A stretch of DNA of 64,000 bases from Planctomycetota bacterium (GTDB lineage: Bacteria > Planctomycetota > GCA-002687715 > CAIWVZ01): contig JBGANV010000001.1 in NCBI GenBank assembly GCA_044222185.1, positions 1,664,001 to 1,728,000 of the forward strand, written 5' to 3'. Position 1 is the stretch's first letter; each line of letters opens with the position of its first letter. Positions 19,025 through 28,439 of the stretch are shown in pieces. A program made the position numbers and the translations under genes. Below the pieces are notes generated by a model, which was not told the DNA's origin, did no database searches, and saw only the letters and a program-made list of their open reading frames with translations.

Positions 19025-19963
19025 ATGCCGGAACTTCCGGACGTCGTCGTCTACGTCGAAGCGATCGAAGCACGGCTCGCCGGGCGCGTCATCGAACGCG
19101 TGCGCGTCCTGAGCCCGTTCGTCGTGCGGACGGTCGAACCGCCGATCCTCGCGCTGGAGTCGCGCCGGGTCCTCGGGGTGCGACGACTCGGGAAACGCAT
19201 CGTGATCGCAGTGGAAGGGGACCTGTTCCTCGTCGTTCACCTGATGATCTCCGGGCGCTTCCGGTGGGAGCGACCCGACGCCAAGGTCAACCGCCGGCTA
19301 TGGCTCGCGACGTTCACCTGCGAAACGGGGATGCTGGTGCTGACCGAGGCGAGCACGAAGCGACGCGCCTCGATCCACGTGGTCGACGGGGCGGCAGCAC
19401 TCGCGCTGCACGACCCGGGCGGCCAGGATGTCCTCATCGCGACGCAGGATTCGTTCCGCGCGGCCCTCCGGCGCGAGAACCGGACACTCAAGCGAGCGCT
19501 CACCGATCCGCGCCTCTTCGACGGCATCGGGAACGCGTACTCCGACGAGATCCTCCACGCGGCGCGCCTTTCGCCACTCGCGCTCACGCGTTCGCTCGAC
19601 GACGAAGAAGCCGAGCGGCTGCGCGTCGCGGCGACCGCGACGCTCACGCGCTGGACCCAGCGCCTGCGAACCGAAACCGGAGCCGACTTCCCGACGAAGG
19701 TCACGGCCTTCCGCCCGGACATGGCCGTCCACGGCCGGTACGGAAAGGCGTGCCCGGTCTGCGACACGCTCGTCCAGCGCATCGTCTACGCCGAGAACGA
19801 GGCGAACTACTGCCCCCGTTGTCAGACTCGAGGGAAGCTCCTCGCCGATCGTTCGCTCTCGCGGCTGCTCCACGAGGATTGGCCGAAGACGATCGACGAA
19901 CTCGAATCGCAGATGCCGGCCGCGACGCCCCAGATGCGAAATCGGCCTACGGGCGACCGCTGA
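19025..19963 (+). CDS. Fpg/Nei family DNA glycosylase
   Basis: N-terminal MPELPDV, RRLGKR, HLMISGR, GIGNAYSDEIL (H2TH), CPVC...CPRCQ zinc finger. Confidence 0.93.
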   Translation: MPELPDVVVYVEAIEARLAGRVIERVRVLSPFVVRTVEPPILALESRRVLGVRRLGKRIVIAVEGDLFLVVHLMISGRFRWERPDAKVNRRLWLATFTCETGMLVLTEASTKRRASIHVVDGAAALALHDPGGQDVLIATQDSFRAALRRENRTLKRALTDPRLFDGIGNAYSDEILHAARLSPLALTRSLDDEEAERLRVAATATLTRWTQRLRTETGADFPTKVTAFRPDMAVHGRYGKACPVCDTLVQRIVYAENEANYCPRCQTRGKLLADRSLSRLLHEDWPKTIDELESQMPAATPQMRNRPTGDR

Positions 19964-20033
19964 CCTCGGCCGGATGCGCGCGCTCTCGGGCACGGCTATA
20001 CTCGCGCCTTCACGTTTGCCGAGGCAGAACCCG

Positions 20034-21977
20034 ATGCTCACGTCCGCTGCACGCCGCCACGCCGTCAGATTCGTACTTTCCTCGATCCTCGCGGTCGCCG
20101 CGGCGGCTCAGGCCCCCGAACTCCTCCCCCGCGCAGCGCTCCTGGCGACGACGGGCGGCGCCACACCCCGCCTCTCTCCCGACGGCCGCATGCTCGCGTA
20201 CGTCACGCCGCAGGCCAACGCAGCGAGCCTGTTCATCCGCAAGATCAACGACCGCGAGCCGAAGATGATCGCCACCGATCGCCGGGGACACCTCGAGCTG
20301 ATCGGATGGCAACACGATTCGCAGGCGGTCCTGTTCCGGCAGGATCGCGAAGGCGACGACGTGTGGCACATCTATCAATACCAGCTCGGCGCCCAGGTCG
20401 TGCGCGACCTCACGCCACTCGTCGGCATCACGGCGTCGCTTGCCGTGGCTCACTCGGTCACGCCGCACCAGCTCTTGGTGCAAATGGTCGTACCCGCACA
20501 CGGGGTCCTCGACGTGTTCCGAGTGAGCCTCGTGACGGGAGAGCTGCTCCCCGACACGCTGAACCCTGGCGCTGCTACGGGCTTCGCCGTGGACAACGAG
20601 ATGCAGATCCGCGGAATGATCGCGGCGTCAGCCACCGGCGGGGGCGAGATTCACGGCCGCGTCAACGCCCAATCGCCGTGGAAGCCGATGCTCGCCTGGA
20701 CCGCGGCGGATGCAATCCCACGCATCGTCGGCTTCAACGCGATGAACACGTCCATGCGGATCCTGACGGACGTGAAAGCCCGCGCCGTGCGACTCCTCGA
20801 GGTCGACCTCGCGACGGGTGAGTCGCGAACGCTCGCCGAGGATCCGACCTACGACGTGAGCGATGTACTGATCCACCAGAAGACGCAAGCCGTTCAAGCC
20901 GTCCGCTTCCTGAAGGACCGGAGCGAGTGGAGCATCCTCGATCCCGAGGTGAAGGCCGACTTCGCCGCCCTGAAGCAGATACGTGATGGTGACTGGCGCA
21001 TCGTCGCACGCGATGCGGCAGATGCCACGTGGGTCGCGGGCTGCGACGTGGACGACGGGCCGACGCAGTTCAGCGTCCTCGAGCGCCCCTCGCGCAAATC
21101 GCACCGTCTGATGTCCGACCGGCCATCGATCGAGCGATACAGGTTCGCGAAGACCTCCTCAGTCTCCTTCAAGGCTCGCGACGGGCTTTCGATCCCGGGT
21201 TACCTCACCATTCCCGCCGGGGTCGAAGCCAAGGCTCTGCCGACGGTGGTGAAAGTCCACGAGGGGCCATGGATCAGGGACACCTGGGGGTTCGATCCGG
21301 AGGTGCAATGGCTCGCGAACCGCGGATATGCAGTGCTCCAGGTGAACTTCCGCGGGTCCGCAGGACTGGGCCGTGACTTCCTCGACGCGGGCAACCGTGA
21401 GTGGGGCGGCAAGATGAACACGGACCTGGTCGACGCGAAGAACTGGGTCGTCGCGCAGGGGGTCGCCGATCCCAAGCGGATCGGAATCATGGGCGAGAAC
21501 TACGGCGGTTACGCGTCGCTCGTGGCGATGACCGCCACCCCCGAAGAATTCACCTGCGCCGTCGCCGCGTTCGCGCCGACGAACCTCGTGGCTCTCGTTC
21601 GCAGCGTTCCGCCGACGATGACGGGTGTGCTCGATCTGTTCTCGCGACGCATCGGCAGCGCCGAGCGCGAGGAGCCGTTCCTCCGTTCGCGCTCCCCACT
21701 CTTCAGCGCACAGGCCACGAAACGACCGGTGCTCGTCGTCGCAGGTGCAAAAGACCCCCGCGCACTTGTCTCCGAGACAACTCAATTCGTCGACTCCGTA
21801 CGCAAGGCCGGCAAGAGCGCCGACTTCCTCGTGTTCGAAGACGAATCGAGCGGGCTCACTCGAACGAGCAACCGCCTGAAGTACTACGCCGCGGTAGAAG
21901 CCTTCCTCGCGAAACACCTGGGAGGCCGCGCCGAGCCGCCGACCCAGCGCGAAGGCCTCGACGACCTTCGGAAGTGA
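20034..21977 (+). CDS. S9 (prolyl oligopeptidase family) peptidase homologue, catalytic Ser and His substituted
   Basis: Signal peptide, beta-propeller, ARDGLSIPGYLT, QWLANRGYAVLQVNFRGS. Nucleophile motif reads GENYGG and the His loop reads DESSG. Confidence 0.88.
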   Translation: MLTSAARRHAVRFVLSSILAVAAAAQAPELLPRAALLATTGGATPRLSPDGRMLAYVTPQANAASLFIRKINDREPKMIATDRRGHLELIGWQHDSQAVLFRQDREGDDVWHIYQYQLGAQVVRDLTPLVGITASLAVAHSVTPHQLLVQMVVPAHGVLDVFRVSLVTGELLPDTLNPGAATGFAVDNEMQIRGMIAASATGGGEIHGRVNAQSPWKPMLAWTAADAIPRIVGFNAMNTSMRILTDVKARAVRLLEVDLATGESRTLAEDPTYDVSDVLIHQKTQAVQAVRFLKDRSEWSILDPEVKADFAALKQIRDGDWRIVARDAADATWVAGCDVDDGPTQFSVLERPSRKSHRLMSDRPSIERYRFAKTSSVSFKARDGLSIPGYLTIPAGVEAKALPTVVKVHEGPWIRDTWGFDPEVQWLANRGYAVLQVNFRGSAGLGRDFLDAGNREWGGKMNTDLVDAKNWVVAQGVADPKRIGIMGENYGGYASLVAMTATPEEFTCAVAAFAPTNLVALVRSVPPTMTGVLDLFSRRIGSAEREEPFLRSRSPLFSAQATKRPVLVVAGAKDPRALVSETTQFVDSVRKAGKSADFLVFEDESSGLTRTSNRLKYYAAVEAFLAKHLGGRAEPPTQREGLDDLRK

Positions 21978-22050
21978 GGCGACCACGGAGTCATCCTCAC
22001 GGCCGGCCGTAACTCCGATCGCCACCCGCGCCCGGCGCGACGAGGATTCC

Positions 22051-23163
22051 ATGACGCATTCACGACGCCGCTTCTTGAAGACATCGTTCGCCGCGCTCGC
22101 TGCCGCAAGCGCCGGCAGACTGGCATTCGGACAGGAGGCGCCGGCATCCAGGCCCTCGGCGCCGCGCGGACTGAAGATCCTCGTTCTCGGCGGCACTGGC
22201 TTTCTCGGGCCGCACGTGGTCGAGCGCGCCGTCGCGCGCGGACACACGATGACTCTCTTCAATCGCGGCAAGACCCACCCGGGACTCTTCCCCGATCTCG
22301 AGAAGCTCACGGGCGATCGCAACGGCAAACTCGATGCGTTGAAGGGCCGCGTGTTCGACGCGGTCGTCGACACGTCGGGCTACGTTCCGCGGCACGTGAA
22401 GCTCTCCGCGGAGCTGCTCCGCGAGTCCGGTCATTACGTCTTCGTGTCCACCTGCTCGGTCTATCCGAAGATGGACGAGGAAGACACGGACGAATCGACC
22501 CCCGTCGGGACCATCGAGGACGAGACGACGGAGAAAGTGACGAACGCGTCCTACGGACCGCTGAAGGCCCTCTGCGAAAAGGCCGCCGAAGCGGCGATGC
22601 CCGGAAAGGTCACCGCGCTTCGCCCAGGCCTGATCGTCGGCCCGGGCGACGAGACCGATCGCTTCACCTATTGGCCCGTTCGGGTCGCCGGTGGCGGCGA
22701 GGTTCTCGCGCCGGGTTCGCCGGACTTCACGACCCAGTTCGTCGACGTGCGCGATCTCGCCGAGCTCATTATCGGCGTGATCGAGCGGAAGACCTTCGGC
22801 ACGATGAACGTGGTCTGCCCGCCCGTGAAGATGGGCGACGTTCTCGCTGCGTGCAAGAAGGCCTCCAAGAGCGACGCCACGTTCACCTGGTGCGACACCG
22901 AGTTCCTGGCAGCCCAGCGCGTGGCGCCGTGGTCGGACATGCCCGCGTGGTTCCCGCCCCCGAAGGGCAAGGACCGCGTCCCCGCACTCAGCCAGGCCCG
23001 TGCCGCCAAGGCCGGCCTGACCATCCGCTCCCTGGAAGAGACCTGCGCGGCCACTCTGAGCTGGTTCAACAAGCTCGAACCGAAGCGCGGCCTGAAGTCG
23101 GGCATCAAAGCCTCACGCGAGAAGGAAGTCCTCTCAGCGTGGCACGCGGCCAAGGGCAAGTAG
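22051..23163 (+). CDS. Tat-exported NAD-dependent epimerase/dehydratase (atypical SDR)
   Basis: SRRRFLK Tat motif; LVLGGTGFLG, FNRG, YGPLKALCE, RPGLIVGP, DRFTYWP motifs. Confidence 0.88.
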   Translation: MTHSRRRFLKTSFAALAAASAGRLAFGQEAPASRPSAPRGLKILVLGGTGFLGPHVVERAVARGHTMTLFNRGKTHPGLFPDLEKLTGDRNGKLDALKGRVFDAVVDTSGYVPRHVKLSAELLRESGHYVFVSTCSVYPKMDEEDTDESTPVGTIEDETTEKVTNASYGPLKALCEKAAEAAMPGKVTALRPGLIVGPGDETDRFTYWPVRVAGGGEVLAPGSPDFTTQFVDVRDLAELIIGVIERKTFGTMNVVCPPVKMGDVLAACKKASKSDATFTWCDTEFLAAQRVAPWSDMPAWFPPPKGKDRVPALSQARAAKAGLTIRSLEETCAATLSWFNKLEPKRGLKSGIKASREKEVLSAWHAAKGK

Positions 23164-23172
23164 GCCGCTCCC

Positions 23173-24519
23173 GTGACGCCAGTGGTCCAGCCGGGAGGCG
23201 CGACGACGCCGTCGCCGTCCCGGATGCGGCGCATCTTCCGTTGGGTCGTCGACGTCCGCGACGGCGAAGAAGGCGCGGCTCTGTGGGCCTTTGCGTTCTT
23301 CTTCTGCCTCATGGCGGGGTACTACGTCCTCCGTCCTCTCCGTGAGGAGATGGGAACGCGGGGTGGCACGAAGAACCTGCCTTGGCTGTTCCTCGGGACG
23401 TTCCTGACGTCGTTGGCACTCGTCCCGATCTACAGCGCCATCGTGGCCCGGTTCCCGCGGCGGGTGATGATCCCCATCGTCTACCGGTTCCTCGCTGCGA
23501 ACCTGCTCCTGTTCTGGTGCCTGTTCCGGTTCGCGGGACCGGACCACCAGGTGGGAATCGCCAGAGCGTTCTTCATCTGGACGACGGTCTACGTCGTGTT
23601 CGTCGTCGCCGTGCTGTGGAGCTTCATGGCGGACATCTTCTCGCAGGAGCGGGGGAAGCGGCTGTTCGCCTTCATCGGCGCTGGCGGGACGGTGGGCGCG
23701 GTCGTCGGTTCGTCCGCGACGCGCATCCTCTCGGCGCACGTTCCGGTGGAAGCTCTCCTCTTCGTTCCGCTCGTGCTCCTGGAGGTCGGTGTGTTCTGCA
23801 CCCGCCGCCTCCAGGTCGCGGCGTTGACGTTGTCGTCCGACGCGAAGACGTCCGCTGCGCGTACCGGCGAGCCCGTGGGCGGCACGATGCTGGACGGCTT
23901 TCTGACGATGATCGGCTCGCCCTACCTCGTGGGCATAGGGGCCTACATCCTCCTCACGACGATGATGGGGACCTACGGATACACGTTCCAGAACGCCCTC
24001 GTCAAAGCGGCTCACGGGACGAGCGAAGCGCGGGTCGCCGCATTCGCGGACATCAATCTCTACTCCAACTCGCTCTCGCTCATCCTGCAACTCATGACGA
24101 CGTCGCGGCTCATCGCTCGCTTCGGCGTCGGCAGGATTCTGGCGATCCTCCCCGCGCTGAACGTCGTCGGGTTCACCGTGCTCGGCGTCCAGCCGACGCT
24201 CGACGTCCTGTTCTGGTTCGAGGTGCTGCGCCGCGCATTCGCGTTCGCGTTCACCTCTCCCTCGCGCGAAGTCCTGTTCACGATCACGTCGCGTGACGTG
24301 AAGTACAAATCGAAGAGCTTCATCGACGTCGTCATCTACCGAGGCGGCGATTACGTCAGCTCCCAGTGGACGGGCCTTCTGTTCGGCTTCGGCCTCGACA
24401 TCGCGGCCATCTCCTGGACGGGCGTTCCATTGTCGATCGCGTGGATGTGGCTCGCGGGCTGGCTCGGCCGAAAGAAGGACCAGCTCGCGCCCGCGGCCGC
24501 ACCGTCACGCGCCACATAG
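23173..24519 (+). CDS. MFS transporter of the NTP/NDP exchange (TLC/NTT-like) type
   Basis: About 12 hydrophobic helices; YYVLRPLRE, WSFMADIF, KRLFAFI, PSREVLFT, KYKSKSFID...YRGGD motifs. Start may be ATG 23224. Confidence 0.85.
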   Translation: MTPVVQPGGATTPSPSRMRRIFRWVVDVRDGEEGAALWAFAFFFCLMAGYYVLRPLREEMGTRGGTKNLPWLFLGTFLTSLALVPIYSAIVARFPRRVMIPIVYRFLAANLLLFWCLFRFAGPDHQVGIARAFFIWTTVYVVFVVAVLWSFMADIFSQERGKRLFAFIGAGGTVGAVVGSSATRILSAHVPVEALLFVPLVLLEVGVFCTRRLQVAALTLSSDAKTSAARTGEPVGGTMLDGFLTMIGSPYLVGIGAYILLTTMMGTYGYTFQNALVKAAHGTSEARVAAFADINLYSNSLSLILQLMTTSRLIARFGVGRILAILPALNVVGFTVLGVQPTLDVLFWFEVLRRAFAFAFTSPSREVLFTITSRDVKYKSKSFIDVVIYRGGDYVSSQWTGLLFGFGLDIAAISWTGVPLSIAWMWLAGWLGRKKDQLAPAAAPSRAT

Positions 24520-24537
24520 GCCCCGCAGATCGCCGAC

Positions 24538-25479
24538 TCAGCGCTTCCTTCGTCCGAAGTCGGGCTCGCGAACGCAGAACGTCGTCGTCCGCGCCGCCAG
24601 GTTCAGCTTGAAGTAGAGGCCCTGCGTCGCGCGGATGTCGATCGTCGGCATGGCGACCAACGGCGTCCGGTCCTTCTCCTTCAGGTCCGACCAGTTCGTG
24701 ACGGCGTATTGATCGACGCTCACGGGCGTCGCCGCCGAACCGTCGGGGCCGGGGCCGTCGGACGCCGTGCAGCAGCCGATCTGGTCGCCCTGCACGAGGA
24801 CGTTGAAGACGCGCATGCGCGTCGAGTCCACTCCGTCCGCGTGTCGCAACGTGAGAAGCGGGGCGGGCACGCCAGCCGCGCCGAGACTCGTGACGAGGTC
24901 CGCGGGCAGGGGCCAGGCCGTCGCGGTCCAGCCGGCGGACGACCGGTCGGTGCCGGTCCACGTGGTGCCGCGCAGAGTGAAGGCATCACCGCCCAGTCGC
25001 AATTCGAGCGACACGGGGATGCCGCCGTCCTTCTGCGCCTTGCCCTGACTCCAGCGCGCGTCGAGCCGTGCGGCCCGAGTCGCCAGCGGTGCGCGGACGA
25101 GAGGAACCTGCACCTCGCTGCCCGGGAGGCTGCCACCGTCCAGATGCCGAGGAACGTTCGCGAGCTTCAGCGTCCAGGTGTTCGCATCGGCATGATCGAG
25201 GCTCGCGCCGTAGCGTCCCGGGGCGAGCATCCCGTCTTCGGTGCGCAGCGGAGCCTCGACCACCAGGACCGTGCTCGGGGATCCGAAGTTCCACGCGGAG
25301 CCCGTCGCGACGACGACCCCATCCGCGGGTTCAGGCACGGCCACGTACTCGAACCGCGAGCGCGCGCCCTCGATCTTCAGTTCTGCCGACTGTCGCTGGG
25401 GAGCCTTCGCGGACTGGCCGGACCCGACGCAGCACACGAGTGAGACGACGACCGGAGACCACCGGAACCAGTGCTTCAT
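24538..25479 (-). CDS. Secreted hypothetical protein with degenerate DUF2911-like domain
   Basis: Signal peptide; FEY...WNFG...LAPGRY pattern resembling 28440..29477. Confidence 0.6.
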   Translation of the reverse strand: MKHWFRWSPVVVSLVCCVGSGQSAKAPQRQSAELKIEGARSRFEYVAVPEPADGVVVATGSAWNFGSPSTVLVVEAPLRTEDGMLAPGRYGASLDHADANTWTLKLANVPRHLDGGSLPGSEVQVPLVRAPLATRAARLDARWSQGKAQKDGGIPVSLELRLGGDAFTLRGTTWTGTDRSSAGWTATAWPLPADLVTSLGAAGVPAPLLTLRHADGVDSTRMRVFNVLVQGDQIGCCTASDGPGPDGSAATPVSVDQYAVTNWSDLKEKDRTPLVAMPTIDIRATQGLYFKLNLAARTTTFCVREPDFGRRKR

Positions 25480-25494
25480 GACGATTCCCTTTCA

Positions 25495-27903
25495 TCAGCG
25501 CGGGCCGTCGATGACGGCCTCACGCAAGCCCTTCGGTGACGCCGAAAGACCGACTGCCAGCCGGGTCTGAGCACCGGCCGTGGACTCGAACCGGAGCCAT
25601 CGCGCGGGATGTCCTGCGACGGTGACGATGAGCGTGTGCTCGCCTTCCGCGACGTTGCGGATTCGTGCCGCGCCGTTCGTGATCGCGAAAGGCTCGCCAT
25701 CGAGAATCGCGAGTCCCCGACCGCACGCCCGTCCCTCGCCGTCGGTGACATCCACACGGATCTCGCCATCGGGGAGGCACGCGTGATCGGGCGGCGTCGA
25801 CGAGGTCCACAGGACGAGAGGCAAGCCCTCGCCATCCCGGATCGCCATCGGAGTCCCGGGCGGAACCCGTGTCGGCGCGATGCTCGCCACGCCCTCGGCG
25901 TCGGTACGCCGACTGACGACACCGCGCTCGGTTCCGAACTCGACGGAGGCGTCCGCGACCGGTGCGCCCCTCGAGTCGACGACGACGATCGCCCGCATGG
26001 GCGCCTCGCGGTGCGCCGGAACGGCAGGCCAACGCGCTGCGACGTCCAGGCATTCGCCAGGCCGCCGGAGGCCGCGCACGGCGTGGGTCACACGCTCGCT
26101 TCCGCAGCCGAGCGCGATCAGCGGCTCGCCGTCGAGAGGCAACGGGATCGGACGTTCGTGCAGGACGTCCTCCGTCACGTCGCGCTCCCGCGCGCCGACG
26201 ACGAGACTGGCCCAGGCACCGTCCGGCGCGTCGTTCCCGCATCGCACCGTCACGCGAGGCCGCTCGAAGAGCTCCAGGGATACCATCCTCGGTCGAAGCC
26301 CTGGCTCCACGGAGAGTGCGTCAGGCGCGATCGCGAACGGCGTCTCCGCGACGTCGTCGTTTCGGATCTCGTAGGTTCCGACCGGCAGCCACGCGACCGC
26401 CGTGGCGTCGTCCTCCACCTGCGTTCGGACGACCGCGCCGTCCGGACACGCGATGAGAACGGTGAGCCCCCGGGTCAGCGGTGCGCCGGCGGACTTCGAG
26501 CGGAACTCGACCCGGGCCGAAGCGCCGTCGTTGGTCCCAGGTGAGCGCTCGCCCGCCTCCGCGGCCGGACGCCGCAGAACGACCTGGATGATCCCATCGT
26601 CGCCCATCGCGCCAGCGAAGCGCGTGACGCCGGGTGCGAACCCGGCGCCGCGGACGATCGCGGAGTCGGCCTCCGCATCCACGCCGGAGAGCCCGGCCAG
26701 CCCGTCGGAATTCGTCACGGCGGTCACGGATGTGAGGACCTCCATGGCGCCCGTGACGGCGTCGACTCGAACGTCCTGGACCGGACGTCCCAACGTGTCG
26801 GTGACGCGCAGGTGCACGAGTCCGGCCCGACGCATCCGGACCGGGAACGGAGCGATGGACCCCGAGCTGACCACGGTGGCGTACCCCGAAGCCTGGGCCA
26901 TGCATGCGAGGGGGCCGGCCGGGACATCCGCGATCGACATCCGCAGCCACCCGTCGGCGCCCGAAACGGCCGTGCGCAGGACGTGTGGCGCATGCGCCCG
27001 CTCCGCCGGCTCCTCGATCACACTCAGCGCGGCGCCCGGAATCGCCACGCCGGTGACCGCGTCGACGACACGCGTGACGAGCGAGCGATGGCGACCGAGC
27101 TCATCCATGGGCCCGCTGCACGGGAACACGTCGTCGACGTCGCGCGCCTCGAGCACGCGCACCTCCGCCGCCCCGATGGGCTGGACGGAGATTGGAGGCT
27201 CGTCCTGCGTCGGCGTGGATCTCACGGGCTCGCCGGGTGAAACGACGCCTCGGCCGCTGGGCGAAGGTGTCCGATCCGTGCGTGCCGCGAGAATGGCACC
27301 ACCAATCCCGAGGATGGCGAAGGTCATCAGCGCGACCCGAACGAGCCCCACTGCCGCCACACCGACGGGCAGCGGCCTCAGGAGCAGGAACGCCCCGCGA
27401 CGCCGTCCCGGACCGAGCGTCGCGTCGAGTCGCGACCGCATGAGCGCCAATCCCCGCTTCAGGCGTGTGCGAACGGTTTCCGTGGGGATCCCCAGCGCCG
27501 CGGCGATTCGCCGCGGCGGAAGGTCGCGCTCGAACCGCAACAGGAGGACGTCTCGGTAGTGCGGGTCGAGTTGGAGCAGGGCCTCCACGACCTGACGGCG
27601 CACGGACTCACGCTCGGCGAGGTCCAGTGCCGATGGCACGCACTCGGGCCGTGCCGCGCTGCGCTCGACCTCCGCGCCGCGGCGGTGCCGGGCCGCCGCT
27701 CGCAGTGCAAAACGACCGGCCACGCGGGCAAGCCAGGCCTTCGCCGTCGCCGCGCGCAACGAGCCCTGGCGGATCAGGGCCAGCCAGGTGTCCTGCACGG
27801 CGTCGTCGCCGTCGCGATCCACCGCCATCCGCGCGGCGATGCGGCGCAGGAGTGCGTCGTGCGCGAGAAGCCCGTGGAGGTCGAGAAGCGGTTCGGTGGA
27901 CAT
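25495..27903 (-). CDS. ECF sigma factor with membrane-anchored C-terminal extension (carboxypeptidase-regulatory-like beta domains)
   Basis: DDAVQDTWL, AWLARV (region 2); LDPHYRDVLLLRF..IAAALGIPTETVRTRLKRGL (region 4); TM segment; repeated 'V.D..G.PV.DA.V...T...G.A' modules. Confidence 0.85.
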   Translation of the reverse strand: MSTEPLLDLHGLLAHDALLRRIAARMAVDRDGDDAVQDTWLALIRQGSLRAATAKAWLARVAGRFALRAAARHRRGAEVERSAARPECVPSALDLAERESVRRQVVEALLQLDPHYRDVLLLRFERDLPPRRIAAALGIPTETVRTRLKRGLALMRSRLDATLGPGRRRGAFLLLRPLPVGVAAVGLVRVALMTFAILGIGGAILAARTDRTPSPSGRGVVSPGEPVRSTPTQDEPPISVQPIGAAEVRVLEARDVDDVFPCSGPMDELGRHRSLVTRVVDAVTGVAIPGAALSVIEEPAERAHAPHVLRTAVSGADGWLRMSIADVPAGPLACMAQASGYATVVSSGSIAPFPVRMRRAGLVHLRVTDTLGRPVQDVRVDAVTGAMEVLTSVTAVTNSDGLAGLSGVDAEADSAIVRGAGFAPGVTRFAGAMGDDGIIQVVLRRPAAEAGERSPGTNDGASARVEFRSKSAGAPLTRGLTVLIACPDGAVVRTQVEDDATAVAWLPVGTYEIRNDDVAETPFAIAPDALSVEPGLRPRMVSLELFERPRVTVRCGNDAPDGAWASLVVGARERDVTEDVLHERPIPLPLDGEPLIALGCGSERVTHAVRGLRRPGECLDVAARWPAVPAHREAPMRAIVVVDSRGAPVADASVEFGTERGVVSRRTDAEGVASIAPTRVPPGTPMAIRDGEGLPLVLWTSSTPPDHACLPDGEIRVDVTDGEGRACGRGLAILDGEPFAITNGAARIRNVAEGEHTLIVTVAGHPARWLRFESTAGAQTRLAVGLSASPKGLREAVIDGPR

Positions 27904-27992
27904 GAGGCGGAGAGCCCTGGCTCCCGCCTCGAATAGACTTGGCGTCGCGGATCCGGTTCAACGAAATCCGGACCCCTTCGCGTCTTTGGGAT

Positions 27993-28139
27993 TCAGGCCG
28001 ACGCGGCCGTGCTCCCGATCACGCAGATCGCCGCGACGACGAACAGGATGACGAACGCGGAGAGGATCGTCTCCGTCCGGTTCGGGCTGGTGGCAAAACG
28101 TGAGGCTGCGGCGCGAGGAAGGGATGACGGGCGGTTCAT
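27993..28139 (-). CDS. Possible small (48 aa) single-TM protein
   Basis: MNRPSS...TETILSAFVILFVVAAICVIGSTAASA; fills the gap upstream of the ECF gene; no clear RBS. Confidence 0.35.
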   Translation of the reverse strand: MNRPSSLPRAAASRFATSPNRTETILSAFVILFVVAAICVIGSTAASA

Positions 28140-28439
28140 GGATCGGCTCGGTGGGAGTTCGTGGGCTGCGCCCGCGCTCGGCCGGCTTCGGTCGAGCTGC
28201 AGAGCGTGGAAATGCGTTCCGATTGAGATCGGACGTATCGCCGCGAATCCGTAGGCGAGCCGGAAAGAGATGCGCGAAACCCTGCGTGGGCGCCGAGGAT
28301 TTGGTCCTGGCCCTTCCCTCTCCCGGAAATTGCGCAAACGTGTGGCCGTTTCGGATTCGGGCCGGCGGCTCCGACTTGGAGCGTCGCCCTCACGCGAGCA
28401 AGAGACGACCGACCCGATCCGCACGGAGGAAAAAGCAGC

